From contig NC_058373.1 of the NCBI RefSeq assembly GCF_018350175.1, positions 100,504,001 to 100,568,000 on the forward strand: a stretch of 64,000 bases of DNA, given 5' to 3'. How positions within the stretch are numbered: the first letter of the stretch is position 1; the number at the start of each line of letters is the position of its first letter. Below, one piece after another: positions 26,597 to 38,719 of the stretch. Below the pieces are notes generated by a model, which did not search any database, was not told the DNA's origin, and worked only from the letters and a program-made list of their open reading frames with translations. The translations under genes were made by a program, and so were the position numbers. The stretch is from Felis catus (lineage: Eukaryota).

Positions 26597-27264
26597 CTAA
26601 AAAAAAAAAAAACAAAATAAAAACAAAACAAAATGTTACCAGAGTAACTTCTCATATGTATTTATATGGTATAAAATATCTTTAACCATACAACTTCTAC
26701 TTGCTAACTTTGTCCAATTATATTTTAATTATTGTTACACTGTGCAGTATTTCACAATACTAGGAATCCCTCATTTCAAAGATATTTCCCTAAATTTGTC
26801 ATCAGTAATTTCAAGTATTACAAGCTTTCACATTATATTCTAAATAATTATATATATTAATCTTCAGTAGACAGAAAGTGCAACAAATCCACCCTGTGCC
26901 ATCACCCTGCCCCAAATATTGTCAAGTCATGGCCTGTCTTATTTCATCTATTTCTCCACTCATTCTCCCCATAATATGAATTTTTAAATTTTATTTTCAA
27001 AATTCAGATACAGCAAAGTTGACTTTTTTCCCCTTTTGGTATCAGTTGTATAGATTTTGTGGTTAGCATCACCACAATTAAGATATAGAATAGTTCTATT
27101 ATTTCTCCAAATCCCTCACACTAACTCTTTATAGCAGTGCCCTTCCCCCATAATATTTTAAAGGAAATCCCAGATATCACATCATTTCATCTGTAAACTG
27201 TTTAGTATCTATTTCTAAAACATAAGGAAAACAACCTATTCTGTACTATTATCATACCAAAACT

Positions 27265-27856
27265 TTTTAAAAATGTTTATTTATTTTTGAGAGAGAGAGA
27301 GACAGAGAGTGGGGCGGGGGGAAGGGGCAGAGAGAGAGGGAGATATAGAATCCAAAGCAGACTCCAGGCTCTGAACTGTCAGCACAGAGCCTGATGCGAG
27401 GCTCAAACCCATGAACCATGAGATCATGACCTGAGATGAAGTGGGACGCTTTACCAACTGAGCCACCCAGGCACCCCGCAAAACTAATTTTTTTAAAGTT
27501 TAATTCTTTTTGAGAGAGAAAGAAAGAAGATCCCAAGCAGGCTCTGCACCGCCAGCACCACTAGCTTGGAGCTGGATGTGGGGCTCAGACTCACAAGCTG
27601 TGAGATAATGACCCGAGTCAAAATCAAGAGTCGGATGCTTAACTGACTGAGCCACCCAGGCACCCCCCAAAACTAATTTTTTTAAAGTTTAATTCTTTTT
27701 GAGAGAGAAAGAAAGAAGATCCCAAGCAGGCTCTGCACCGCCAGCACCACTAGCTTGGAGCTGGATGTGGGGCTCAGACTCACAAACTGTGAGATCAATG
27801 ACCCGAGTCAAAATCAAGAGTCGGATGCTTAACTGACTGAGCCACCCAGGTGCCCC
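27265..27856 (-). mobile_element. Tandem SINEC triplet including a 189-bp direct duplication
   Basis: Outer TSD atcataccaaaact (27251-27264, 27858-27871); units start at 27479 and 27668. Confidence 0.92.
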
Positions 27857-27986
27857 AATCATACCAAAACTTTGAACAATTCTTTAATATCAGCAAATAT
27901 GTAGTTTAGCAGTTCCATTTCCCCAGTTAGACTATGTTATTTTATAACATAAAATATATTTTTACATTTTAATTGAGCTCCAAATA

Positions 27987-28434
27987 CAACAGTCCCCCCT
28001 TTACATGTGGGGGTACATTCCAAGACCCCCAGTGGATGCATGAAACTGAAGATAGTACTGAACCCTATATATATTGATTTCTCCTATACACACACACCTA
28101 TGACAAGTTTAATTTATAAATTAGGCACAGTGAAAGTTTAATAACAATAATAAAAAACAATTATAACAACACAGTGTAATAAAAGTTATATGAATGTGGG
28201 CTCTCAAAATCTTATTGCATTGCATTCATCCTTCTTCTTCTTGCCATGATATATGAGATGTTAAAATGCGTACGAGGTGACATGAAGTGAGGTGAATGAC
28301 ACATACATCGTGACACAGCATTAGGCTACTATCATCTGCTTCCAGACTGCAGTGGACCCCAGATAACTGACATCAGAGAGGGTGCAAACTGCAGATAAGG
28401 GTGGGGGTTGGCGCGGGGGGGGGGGGAACTACTG
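27987..28434. mobile_element. MER44/Tigger7-like DNA transposon
   Basis: TA|caacagtccccccttt...gataaggg(G-run)aactactg|TA terminal inverted repeats with TA TSD. Confidence 0.78.
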
Positions 28435-29139
28435 TATAGTCCATGCACTGTAATTGGCAGGTATGTCTCTTAAGTGTCTTTTAATCTACAGGTTCTTCTC
28501 CCCCCCTCCCCCCGCTTTTTTTTGTTGTTTTGTAATTTATTTTTGTCCTGCAGAGTTCCTCAGAGTCTGATTTTTAATGACTGTATCCCCATGGTATTTA
28601 GCATGTTCTTTGTCCTCTACTTCCTGTATCTTGTTAGTGAGATATAGGGGCTTGATCAGATGAAAGCTCTACTATTTTGGCAAGACTACTACTCCATAGG
28701 TGCATACATCTGTGTTTGCCTCTTTCTGGTGAAGCTAGCAGTTATGACGATCACTGCTTAGATTCATTTATTTATTATGGTTCCATCACTCCTTATTTGT
28801 TTGTAAAGCTTATAATTCTAGATAGAGAAATTTCTTCACATCAAATATTTGGTTGCTTTGGAATACAACCAAATAGTTTCTGTATGAAATGAGAAAGTGA
28901 AGGATGAATAGTTAATTCTTATCTTCTATTAACAATTTTCAAAATACTGAGTTCTTAGCTTCTATATTTTTTGACATATTTACTAACTCATACACTTAAA
29001 CATATTTGAAGTGGAGTGTTTCAATCCACTGTAGTTATTATTCTTACGGATGCTCAAATTGTCTCCTTTTTTGATCAGTAAATCTCTTCAAGTTGGCTTC
29101 TGGTGTCCTTTTGACACGACCTCCCTAGTTTTTCCTTCT

Positions 29140-32100
29140 GAACAATCAAGTGGCTTTTTGGTTTGTTCATAGAGTTGTGCAATCACCGCTATTATCTAAT
29201 TTCAGAACTTACATCACCTGCAAAAGAAATAATGTAGCCATAGCAGTCACCTTCCCATATTTCCTCTCCCTAGGCCCTGGCAATCACGAATCCACTTTCT
29301 GTCTTTATGGATCTGCCTATTCTGGGTATTTCATATAAATGGAATCATACATATGTGGCCTTTTGTGTCTGGCTTCTTGCACTCATCACAACGTTTCAAG
29401 GTTCACCCACGTTTATTGTGAATCAGTACTTCACTGCTTTTTATAGTTGAATAATATTCCACTGTATGAATATGCTTTTGTTTATCCATTTGCATTGGAA
29501 CGTTTGGATTGTTTCTAATTTTTAGGCTGTTATGAATAATGCTCCTATGAATATTCTTTAAAAGGGTTTTGGGTAGATATATTTTCAATTCTTTTGAGTA
29601 TATACCTAGGGGTGGAATTGCTGGCTTGTACGCTAACTCTACGTTTAAATTCTTGAAGAGGTGCCAAACTATTTTCCAAGGCAATTATACTATTTTACAA
29701 TCCCAACAGCAACATAGGAGAGTCTAATTTTTCCACATCTTCACTAATACTTGTTATTTTCCAACTATTTGATAAGAGTCAACTTAGCAGGTATAGAGTG
29801 ACATAACATCTCTTTGTGGTTATGAACTGCATCTCCCTAATACTTAAGGATTTTGAACATCTTTTTATGTGCTTATGGGCCATTGGTATATTTTCTTTGG
29901 ACAAATGTTTATTCAGATCCTTTACCTATTTTAAAAATTTAGGTTTTTTTAACTGCAAAAGTTCTTTATACATATCCTAGATACCAGATCCTTCTCAGAT
30001 TATGATTTGCAAATATTTTCTCCCATTCTGTGGATCGTCTTCACTTTCTTGATAATGTCCTTTGAAGAACAAAAGTTTTAACTTTTGCCAAAGTCCAATT
30101 TCTCTTTTTTCCTCTGTGGCTTCTACTTTTGATGTTGTATCTCAGGAACCATTGCCTAATCCAAGGTCACAAAGATATACTCCTAAGTTTTAAGCGTTTT
30201 ATAGTTATGGCTCTTATATTTGGGCTTTGATTAATTTTGAACTAACTTTTGTATACATGTGAGGTAGGGTTTAATTTCATTCTTCTGCAGATATATATCC
30301 AGGTGTCCTAGCACCATCGGTTAAAAGGTTATTCTTTCAGCAATGAATTGTTTTGGCACTCTTGCTGAAAATCAGTCCAACTCTGATTCTAATCCATTCA
30401 TCTTGCTTTGTAGCAATTTATGAAACTGGGAAGTGTTAGTCCTCCATTTTTTTTTTTTTTTTAAGATTGTTTTGGCTACTCTGGGTTCCTTGCATTTCCA
30501 TGTGGATTTTACTTATTGATTGATTGATTGATTGTATGAAATTTATTGTCAAATTGGTTTCCATATAATACCCAGGTGCCCTCCTCAGTGCCCATCACCC
30601 ACTTTCCCCTCCCTCCCACCCCCCATCAACCCTTAGTTTATTCTGTTTTTAAGAGTCTCTGATGGTTTGCCTCCTTCCCTCTCTGTAACTTTTTTTTTTT
30701 TCCCTTCCCCTTCCCCATGGTCTTCTGTTAAGTTTCTCAGGATCCACATAAGAGTGAAAACATTCCATGTGGATTTTAGAATCAGCTTGTCAATTTCTGC
30801 ATAAAAGACAGGTACGACTTTAATAGGAATGTGGTAAGTATTGCCATCTTAACAATATTACATCTTCTAATCCAGAAACGTAGGTTGTTTTCATTTACTT
30901 AGGTCTTCTTTTATTTCTTTCAATGGTGTACTACAGTTTTCAGTGTACAAAACTTACACTTCTTTTGCTAAACTTATTCCTAAGTAGGTTATTCTTTTTT
31001 TCTTTTTAATACTGTAATACATGGAAATGTTTTCTTTTTTTTAAAAAAAAAAGTAAACTCAACCCCAACATGGGGCCCAAACTTATGACCCTAAGATCAA
31101 GAGTTACATGCTCTTCAAACTGAGCTAGCCAGACACCCCTAGAAATGCTTTCTTAATTTCCAGATTGTTCACTGCTAGTATATAAATACAATTGATTTTT
31201 GCATATTGATCTTGTATTCTGTAACTTTGCTGAGTTCATTTGTTAGTTGTAACAGTTTGTGTGTGTGTGTGTGTGTGTAGATTCCCTAGGATTTTCTCTA
31301 TTTAAGATCATGTTATCTGCAGAGATCATTTTATTTCTTCCTTTCTAATCTGGATCTCTTTTATTATTTCTTTTACTTGCCTAATTGCCCTGGGTGAAAC
31401 CTCCAGTACAATGTTGATCAGAATTGGGAGGTGACATCCCTGTCTCATTGCTGATCTTGAGGAAAAGCTTTCACTGATTCATTGTTAGAGTGCAATATTA
31501 GCCATGGGCTTGTAGATGCCTTTTAGCAGAGGGAAGAAATTCCCTTCTCTCTCTACTCTCCTGAGTGTTTTCATTAAGAAAGGGTGTTAAATTTTGTCAA
31601 TGCCTTTTCTGCATCAAAAACCACATGATGTTTTTGTTCCCCTTTGCTCTATTAGTGTGGTGTATTACCCTTGATTTATTTTTAAAAATATGTTGAATCA
31701 ATTTTGCATTCCTAGGATGAATCCCAATCAGTCATAAGGTATAATCTTCTTTACATGTTGGTGGATTCAGTTTGCTAGTATTGTGTTGAGAATTTTTGGG
31801 TCCATAAAGAATAGTTATTTGTATTCATAAGGGATACTGATCTATAAGTTTTTTTTTTCCTTATGATATCTGTCTGATTTTGGTATTAGGACAATACTGG
31901 CCTCAACGAATGAGTTGAGAAGTCTTCCTTCCTCTTTTAGTTTTTTGGAGAGTTTATGAAGAATTGGTGCTCTTTTAATGTTTGCAGAATTTGCCAGTGA
32001 AGCCACCTGGTCCTGAGCATTTTTGTTTTTTTGGAAGGAAGTTTTTTGATTATTAATTCAAATGCTTTACCTCTTAATGGTCAGTTTAGATTCTATTTCT

Positions 32101-32330
32101 TCTTATTGATCATCAAATCAGTTTGGTAGTTTGTATCTCTCTAGAAATTTGCCCATTTTATCTAGGCTATCTAATTTGTTGGCACAGAACCGTACATAGT
32201 ATTCCCTTATAATCCTTTGGTTTCTGTAAGGTCAGTAATTGTGTCCCCTCTTTCATTCCTGATTTTAGCAATTTGAATCTACTTTTTTCTTGGTCAACAA
32301 TACATCACACTTTTTTTCTTGGTCTTCTTG
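29140..32330 (-). mobile_element. Old L1M (L1MB-like) ORF2/3' fragment with nested insertions
   Basis: ORF 29403-29684 contains NLNVELAYKPAIPPLGIYSKE; ~3 kb of continuous antisense L1 motifs; nested SINE at ~31035-31139. Confidence 0.85.
30512..30762 (-). mobile_element. Short felid L1 3'UTR insertion with (CAAT)n-converted tail
   Basis: Perfect 16-bp TSD ttccatgtggatttta at 30496-30511 and 30763-30778. Confidence 0.92.
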
Positions 32331-32699
32331 ACCAAGCTGCAGGTTTCTCAGTTTTGCCAAAAAAAATTAAAAAAAGAAAATCAACTGTAGTCTCACAAAT
32401 ACAAACAAGATTCAGAATGGCAGTGACAAGGATGAAGTTAATTTTACTCTTTTTACAGTTCTGGACTACTAAGGAATTGTAGAAAGCAGGGAAAGAGTTA
32501 AGAGATCCTCTGGATTTTCTTGTTTATAATTAATCAGAATTTCTTTTTGTTTATTTTCTATCAATTACTAGTTTATGTGGGGGATTTTCCATCAAATTAC
32601 CCTGTCTCTGAAGGAATGATGGCAATCTTCTCGATAGCAGATACTTATTTTTTTAACCACTCTGGATTCATTCATTCCACTTATAATAATAGCTCTTGA

Positions 32700-33122
32700 T
32701 TTTTATTTGTGGCTCTACCTCTCCCTATGGTGATGATGAAGCCAACTTCCATCTGACTCTGGGAGATGACAAGCTCAATACATCATACCCTGCATGGCTG
32801 AACGTACAGATTCAGGTAGCTGGATGCAACGCCATTGGTCACTGAAATGCCTAGGCTAGCTGGGACTTCTGGAAAAACAGGGTTACTCTTTCTTCTGAAG
32901 TTGAACATAATATAAACCGTATCTGGAAGCACACACAGGAGATGTCTGAGAATAGCTAAAAAATGAAAGAAAGTACAGTAGAAACTGGATTCTCGGTTCT
33001 CAGGACTGACACATCTTACATTTAGACTTCTCAGTGTTATGAACGACTGAATCCTCCTTTTGGTTCAAGCCTTTTTGGATTAGGTTTCCCCTCACCTACA
33101 TCCAAAGAAAGCAAGCTGATAC
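32700..33122 (+). mobile_element. MLT1-like (MaLR) LTR remnant
   Basis: 3' end ttggttcaagcc...ggtttcccctcacctacatccaaagaaagcaagctgatac resembles recalled MLT1 termini. Confidence 0.5.
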
Positions 33123-33894
33123 CTTCTCATTTATCAATGGCGCCAGAGTGAATCTGTCATTAAACCCGTATCTCAGATTCCTAGATATCCAAGCAAAAGA
33201 TTAGCATTTTGACATAAGAATACAAATATTATAAGAAATAACGTGCAACTCCTCAGAACACAAATCAGAAAGAAGAGATTTTTGTAATAGAAACTAGGAA
33301 GATTGACAAAAAATTAGGGTGGCTTAGCGGTATCTGACTAAATTTTTAAAAGTTGAACCGTACTTTAATCCATCAGTTGACATTAAGAGGTGTTACAATA
33401 AAAGGTGAAACAAAACTCAACATTGCATTATTATAGAGCTGTTGATGAGGACAAAGTTTCTGGTATTGCACAGTATTTGCTCTATAAGGACTCAAGAAAT
33501 ACATTTACTTGAAGCCTCAGAACCAGATAAAGTGTGCTCTGAACCAAAAACTGATCTGTTTCATCACATCATAAATATGATTAGATTTTTCTTCATACCG
33601 ATGGCTAGTTTAGAGCCACATTTATGGTGGCTTAACCCTAACATTTCCTTTCAACAGTCCTTAACATTTTATAAACACACACAAGTATAAACATCCCTCA
33701 CCCCCACAACATCTTACAGATTTTAGACTAAAGATGGGGAAAAAAAAGAATAAAGTTGAATAAAAATAAATTAATGAGGTAAATAATGTACGTGGTGTGT
33801 TGGTAAATAATCCACTGTTCTCTGTGTAAAATTTAGAGTTCAGTTTCCTCTGGTAGTAATTAATTGGCTAGGTTAAGCTGCTAACTGGCAATTT

Positions 33895-33929
33895 ATTTAC
33901 TTATTTATTTAAAATGTTTATTTATTTTT

Positions 33930-33967
<38 letters not shown>

Positions 33968-34116
33968 ATAATCAGGGGAGGGGCAGAGAGGGAGGGAGAC
34001 AGAGGATCCAAAGCAGGCTCTGTGCTGAGAGCGAAGAGTCCAATGCGGGGCTTGAACTCACAAGCTGTGAGATCATGACTGAGCTGAAGTCAGATGCTGA
34101 GCCACCCAGGTGCTCC
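33895..34116 (-). mobile_element. SINEC with expanded (GA)n
   Basis: gagccacccaggtgctcc head; (GA)n at ~33935-33965. Confidence 0.9.
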
Positions 34117-34320
34117 ATGACAATTTAAAAAATTCTTATGTTTTTCATAATTATGCAACCTTGTAATTATTCTGTTTCTGCAGTTCAGTGAGTAAGATAC
34201 AAACTAAGAATTACAATTTTTCTTTGCTTTCAACCTTAATATAATGTAAATTAATAAGTTGAAAACACTTTCTTATTCTTCCTCTTCTCCATGCTGTGGG
34301 GGAAAAAACCTCAAATATCA

Positions 34321-34322
<2 letters not shown>

Positions 34323-34355
<33 letters not shown>
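34323..34355. repeat. (CAT)11 microsatellite
   Basis: Direct reading. Confidence 0.95.
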
Positions 34356-34356
<1 letters not shown>

Positions 34357-34488
34357 TGGACATAATCACTCTCACAATTTGGTCTAGAAATTCCATCTAT
34401 AACATAAGAGATATTAGAGTAGTTTGCATTGAACATGCGGTGGAATGATTAAACTCTGTTATACCCCGGATAAAAGTCTGGATTCTAG

Positions 34489-34705
34489 GGGGCGCCTGGG
34501 TGGCGCAGTCGGTTAAGCGTCCGACTTCAGCCAGGTCACGATCTCGCGGTCCGTGAGTTCGAGCCCCGCATCAGGCTCTGGGCTGATGGCTCAGAGCCTG
34601 GAGCCTGTTTCCGAATCTGTGTCTCCCTCTCTCTCTGCCCCTCCCCCGTTCATGCTCTGTCTCTCTCTGTCCCAAAAATAAATAAACATTGAAAAAAAAA
34701 AAAAA
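34489..34705 (+). mobile_element. Very young full-length felid SINEC
   Basis: Perfect 17-bp TSD aaaagtctggattctag (34472-34488, 34706-34722), CpGs intact, pure A tail. Confidence 0.96.
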
Positions 34706-34757
34706 AAAAGTCTGGATTCTAGTGATGGAGAATGTATTCATCAAAGAACTCACTCAC

Positions 34758-34905
34758 ATGGCTGTATTTTTGATAATTCTTCCTTGGTCCATTTTCTGTC
34801 CAATGCCGTGCACAACAAATACAATATGAGTAGTCTGTGATGGCTTGTCTTCTAATGTGGCTTCTTCTACATAACCTCTATGAAGTCTAGTCCCACTACT
34901 TGATG
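34758..34905 (-). CDS. DDHD1: DDHD1 exon 4 (148 nt)
   Basis: tacag|CATCAA...GCCAT|gtgagt; encodes (A)SSSGTRLHRGYVEEATLEDKPSQTTHIVFVVHGIGQKMDQGRIIKNTA(M); phase 1-2. Confidence 0.96.
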
Positions 34906-35963
34906 CTGTAGAAAAATTATGATTCTAAGTTTACTATTTATTCCAGAAATAGCATTTGGGCATACATTTAAAGAAATAATAAAGAAAAAGGAGTACTAGC
35001 AAAAAATTTCACTGGGTTGGGTGGGGATGAAATTTGTGAAATGATGTACAGTGACTGGCTCAGAGTACATGACACCAAAGCCAGAAACCATAGGGAAAAG
35101 AAAAGCAAGGAGGGAAGGATGGACTGAACACATAAAAAATTTAAAAAGTTCTCTGTAAAAAAAAACCAAAAAATACCATGAAGCAAAGATAAAAGATGAA
35201 TGATAAACTGGGAAAACTTTTGCAAAATTCAGTGCCTAATGAGTTAATTACTGGAGTGCAAAGGAGAGCTTACTAATCAAAAAGTGAAAAGACAACCACT
35301 GAAATAGCAAAATGGGCTAAAGACAAGGTAATTCACAAAACAAATACAAATGACTAGGAAACATGTAAGAAGATATTCAAGTACATCTTGTTATCAAATA
35401 AATTATATGAGGTAATTGCAAAAAAATTGGTATCAGACTTAACGAAACTTTCTGAAAAATTTATTAATAATGCTCTCACATCTTCCTCAAGCACCATTTC
35501 CTCTTTCCTTTCGTCAAACTTCGGTAAAGAGCTGTCTATTCTTACTGCCTCTATTTCTTCCCCTACTTAGACTTCAACCCATGCCAATCTGGCTTCTAGC
35601 CCCTCAATCCATCCAAGTCACCAATGACCTCTACATCACTAAATCCAACAGAAAATTTTTAGTCTTCACCTTCAATTGCCATGTTTTATTTTCACATCAC
35701 TGCCTGAGGTTTGAATGCTGTTGTGTTTCTAGAAGTATAAAAGATATTTATTAATTTTGTCAGATCATTCTAAATATATGATTATTCACTGATGAATACA
35801 TGTGAACTCAATCACCTTAATAAAAGTTTCATTTAACAGGGCAGTAACTATCACTAAATTTAATACATATTTAAAATATACTAAAAATAGAATCTGAATA
35901 GTCCCTTTTGAATACAAGAAAAAAAGATTCCCCAAAGTTTGACAAACTATATTTAACAATTAC

Positions 35964-36092
35964 CTTTAGAAAATCCCAGTTTTTGGGTAACTGTCCTTGC
36001 AATTTTAGAAGTTGTTGCATCACTGTAAAGATACACTTCATCCACACTGTGCCAGTCCACATGATTTCTACTCAACTTGAAACTATGAATAG
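35964..36092 (-). CDS. DDHD1: DDHD1 exon 3 (129 nt)
   Basis: aacag|CTATTC...CTAAAG|gtaatt; encodes (A)IHSFKLSRNHVDWHSVDEVYLYSDATTSKIARTVTQKLGFSK; phase 1-1. Confidence 0.96.
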
Positions 36093-37947
36093 CTGTTGCA
36101 AAAAGGAAAAATTAATTTGAAGGTCTCTCATTTGTGCAAAGAATTAGAATACACAGATTTTTGAATCAGTATTTGAACTCAGTTGAATATAAAATTATTT
36201 TGCTGAAACACATATTAAATTGAAGCAAGTGATAGATAGGGGCTTTATTTTATAAATGATTAACCATGCTACAGGGAATGGTAATTCGTGAGAACAACAC
36301 AGAATAACTGGCTTACCCACCATGGTTTTAACCTCTAACTGGTAGTTAACATGCTCTGATTATTAAAGAACTGCTTTCCCAGGTGATATGACATTTCTTC
36401 CTTCTAAGGGATAATTTATACCTTCATGAAAGTCCTCAATACCTTTGAAACTTAAGTTTCTTTTCTTCTGTGGACTATATTTTTGGATCTGTGAAAATTT
36501 CACTCAGCGGTGCAAGACAAAACAAGACTGAGAGGAAGACGGGGAAGACAACAATCTAACTGATTAGAAATAGGTAGTTTTGGAATGGATACTAAACGAA
36601 TTATCACTGGATATTGCTCACCATAACAGAAATCCAAAGTTGAAAGATGTTTTAATAAGAAATCAAAGAAATTTTTTCTACTGTGATGTTCAAATCAGTA
36701 TGGTTATTACATTTCTGAAAATAGGCTCTAAAAAAAAAAAATGAAACCTATATGCTCAAGGAATACATAAGCTCTGTGAGGCAAGGACTACGTCTTGATC
36801 ATTTTGTACCACGAGCACCAGTGTCCTAGCAGAGCCTAGACCCATTTCACAAATTCAGTGATACGTGTTTGTGGAAGCAACAGATTAAGAGAAGTGTCAT
36901 AACATATCCATCGATTCATACTCGATAATTCTTATATTCTGAAGGCCTTAAACTTTCCTCTGTATCTCTGGTATAGAGATGAGAAAAATTCACATGCCTT
37001 TCAGAAAACCAGGCACCTTAAAATCACTATGTCTGATTTATTTTTTAAAAAATCCCTTTTAAGCAAAATATAATCTCTACCATATATAAAGACCCAGAGG
37101 TACAAAGAGTCCCTTAATAGGGTCTTGCCACAAAGCTAGTTACCAGCAGAGTCTAACTATTCAGATTTGAGGATGGGTTGGAAATAACCTCAGCTTATAT
37201 ATGAAACGTTATAGCCCTTGTCAAGATCTAAGACCATAAAGTCATTTTTATGAAAACCTGTTCCCTACTAGAATACATAGAAAAGTAAATCCTTTCTGGG
37301 GAATTGTACTTCTTAAGTTATACTACAAATACAATTTCAAAAACTTATAAAAAACCAATTTGTATTTCACTTATTTGCCCGGACATATTACTAACACTAA
37401 ACACAGACCAAGATGCAATTAATGTAACAAACATTAATATCTTCAATTCTCAAAAAAAAACTTCAGAAAAACAATGTACAAACTCAGCTTTTTTCTATAA
37501 AATAACTTTTCATAAATTAAGAAAATATTTTGTAAGAGTTTAACAATTATTTTCTTTTTCTATGCCTGATCCAAATCACTATTTTATGCCTTTTTATCTA
37601 ATGTTTCTAAACCACATTTTTGTTCAAATAGTTTTGAGTAACATATGCTTAAAACATTGAAACTGTAAGACCAAGATAATGAACAGTGGTAAGTCAATGA
37701 AATCTTGTTCCTCCTCAAACCATCCACATACTGTCTTAAAGTAAAACGTCTTAGTATTGGTGAACATGTCATTACTGGACCACACACATTATTTACAAAT
37801 GTTCATAGCGCTTAAAATTAAGTAACTCTAAACAAAATAGCACACTGGACACAATTCTAAAAACTAATAATTTCTACGCTTTAAATACTGAATGCTATAA
37901 GCCAGGGTGTATAACTACATGGAGAAATAAAACTACAATTACTGTAC

Positions 37948-38049
37948 CTTGAGAACGCTTTCGCTTAAGACCTGCCGCATCTGTACTCTCCTTATATCCT
38001 CTCCATTTGAACAGAGAAGGGAGGGAGAAGGGAGGGAGGTGGTAGACAA
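37948..38049 (-). CDS. DDHD1: DDHD1 alternative cassette exon (102 nt, 34 aa)
   Basis: gtttttgctttcttag|TTGTCT...CTCAAG|gtacag; phase 1-1, stop-free in the exon 2/3 frame: VVYHLPPFSLPSLFKWRGYKESTDAAGLKRKRSQ. Confidence 0.72.
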
Positions 38050-38719
38050 CTAAGAAAGCAAAAACACTGAGCTTCAAAGTAAATTTTAAATGAGGTTTGC
38101 CATTTTGCCTTTTTGTTGTATTAATTTTAAAAAATGAGTTGTATTTGACAAACATTATTCTAAATGATTTATTTATATAATTTCTCATTAAAAATCAGTA
38201 AAGCAAAACATTAGTTTAATAATGTTTATCAAATATATGCTCTACTTTTATTGCAAGAAAAAAGGCAAATGATACCTATCAGTTAAAGATAACTATGCGA
38301 TCATATTGAACGTCTTTGCACATATAGAATAAAAATAGGTCATGGTATTTTTTGTATGCATAAGGGATGTATAAGTCCCATCTTCACAATACTAAGGTTA
38401 TTTACTCTCATCAAATTTGTGACTATGACATAGCTGATAGCTGATATGCAAATTAAGAAGGCAATAAATAACATTTTAAACATCAATGCAGTTTTCCTGA
38501 GAAAATATCACAGTATACATTCCACTAGATGCCTTCTATTACTGAAGTATATAATGGAAGCTTCCCACAGAAACAAAATATTCTTTTTGCAACTTTGTTC
38601 AAGTTGCTAAAAGAATTTTTAAAATGAAACTTTTGCCAAAATAAATCAAATTGGAAGCTGTGCTTTTAAATGATTAGTTATAAAAAAAATGAAAGATTAG
38701 TAACACATAATGAAAAATA

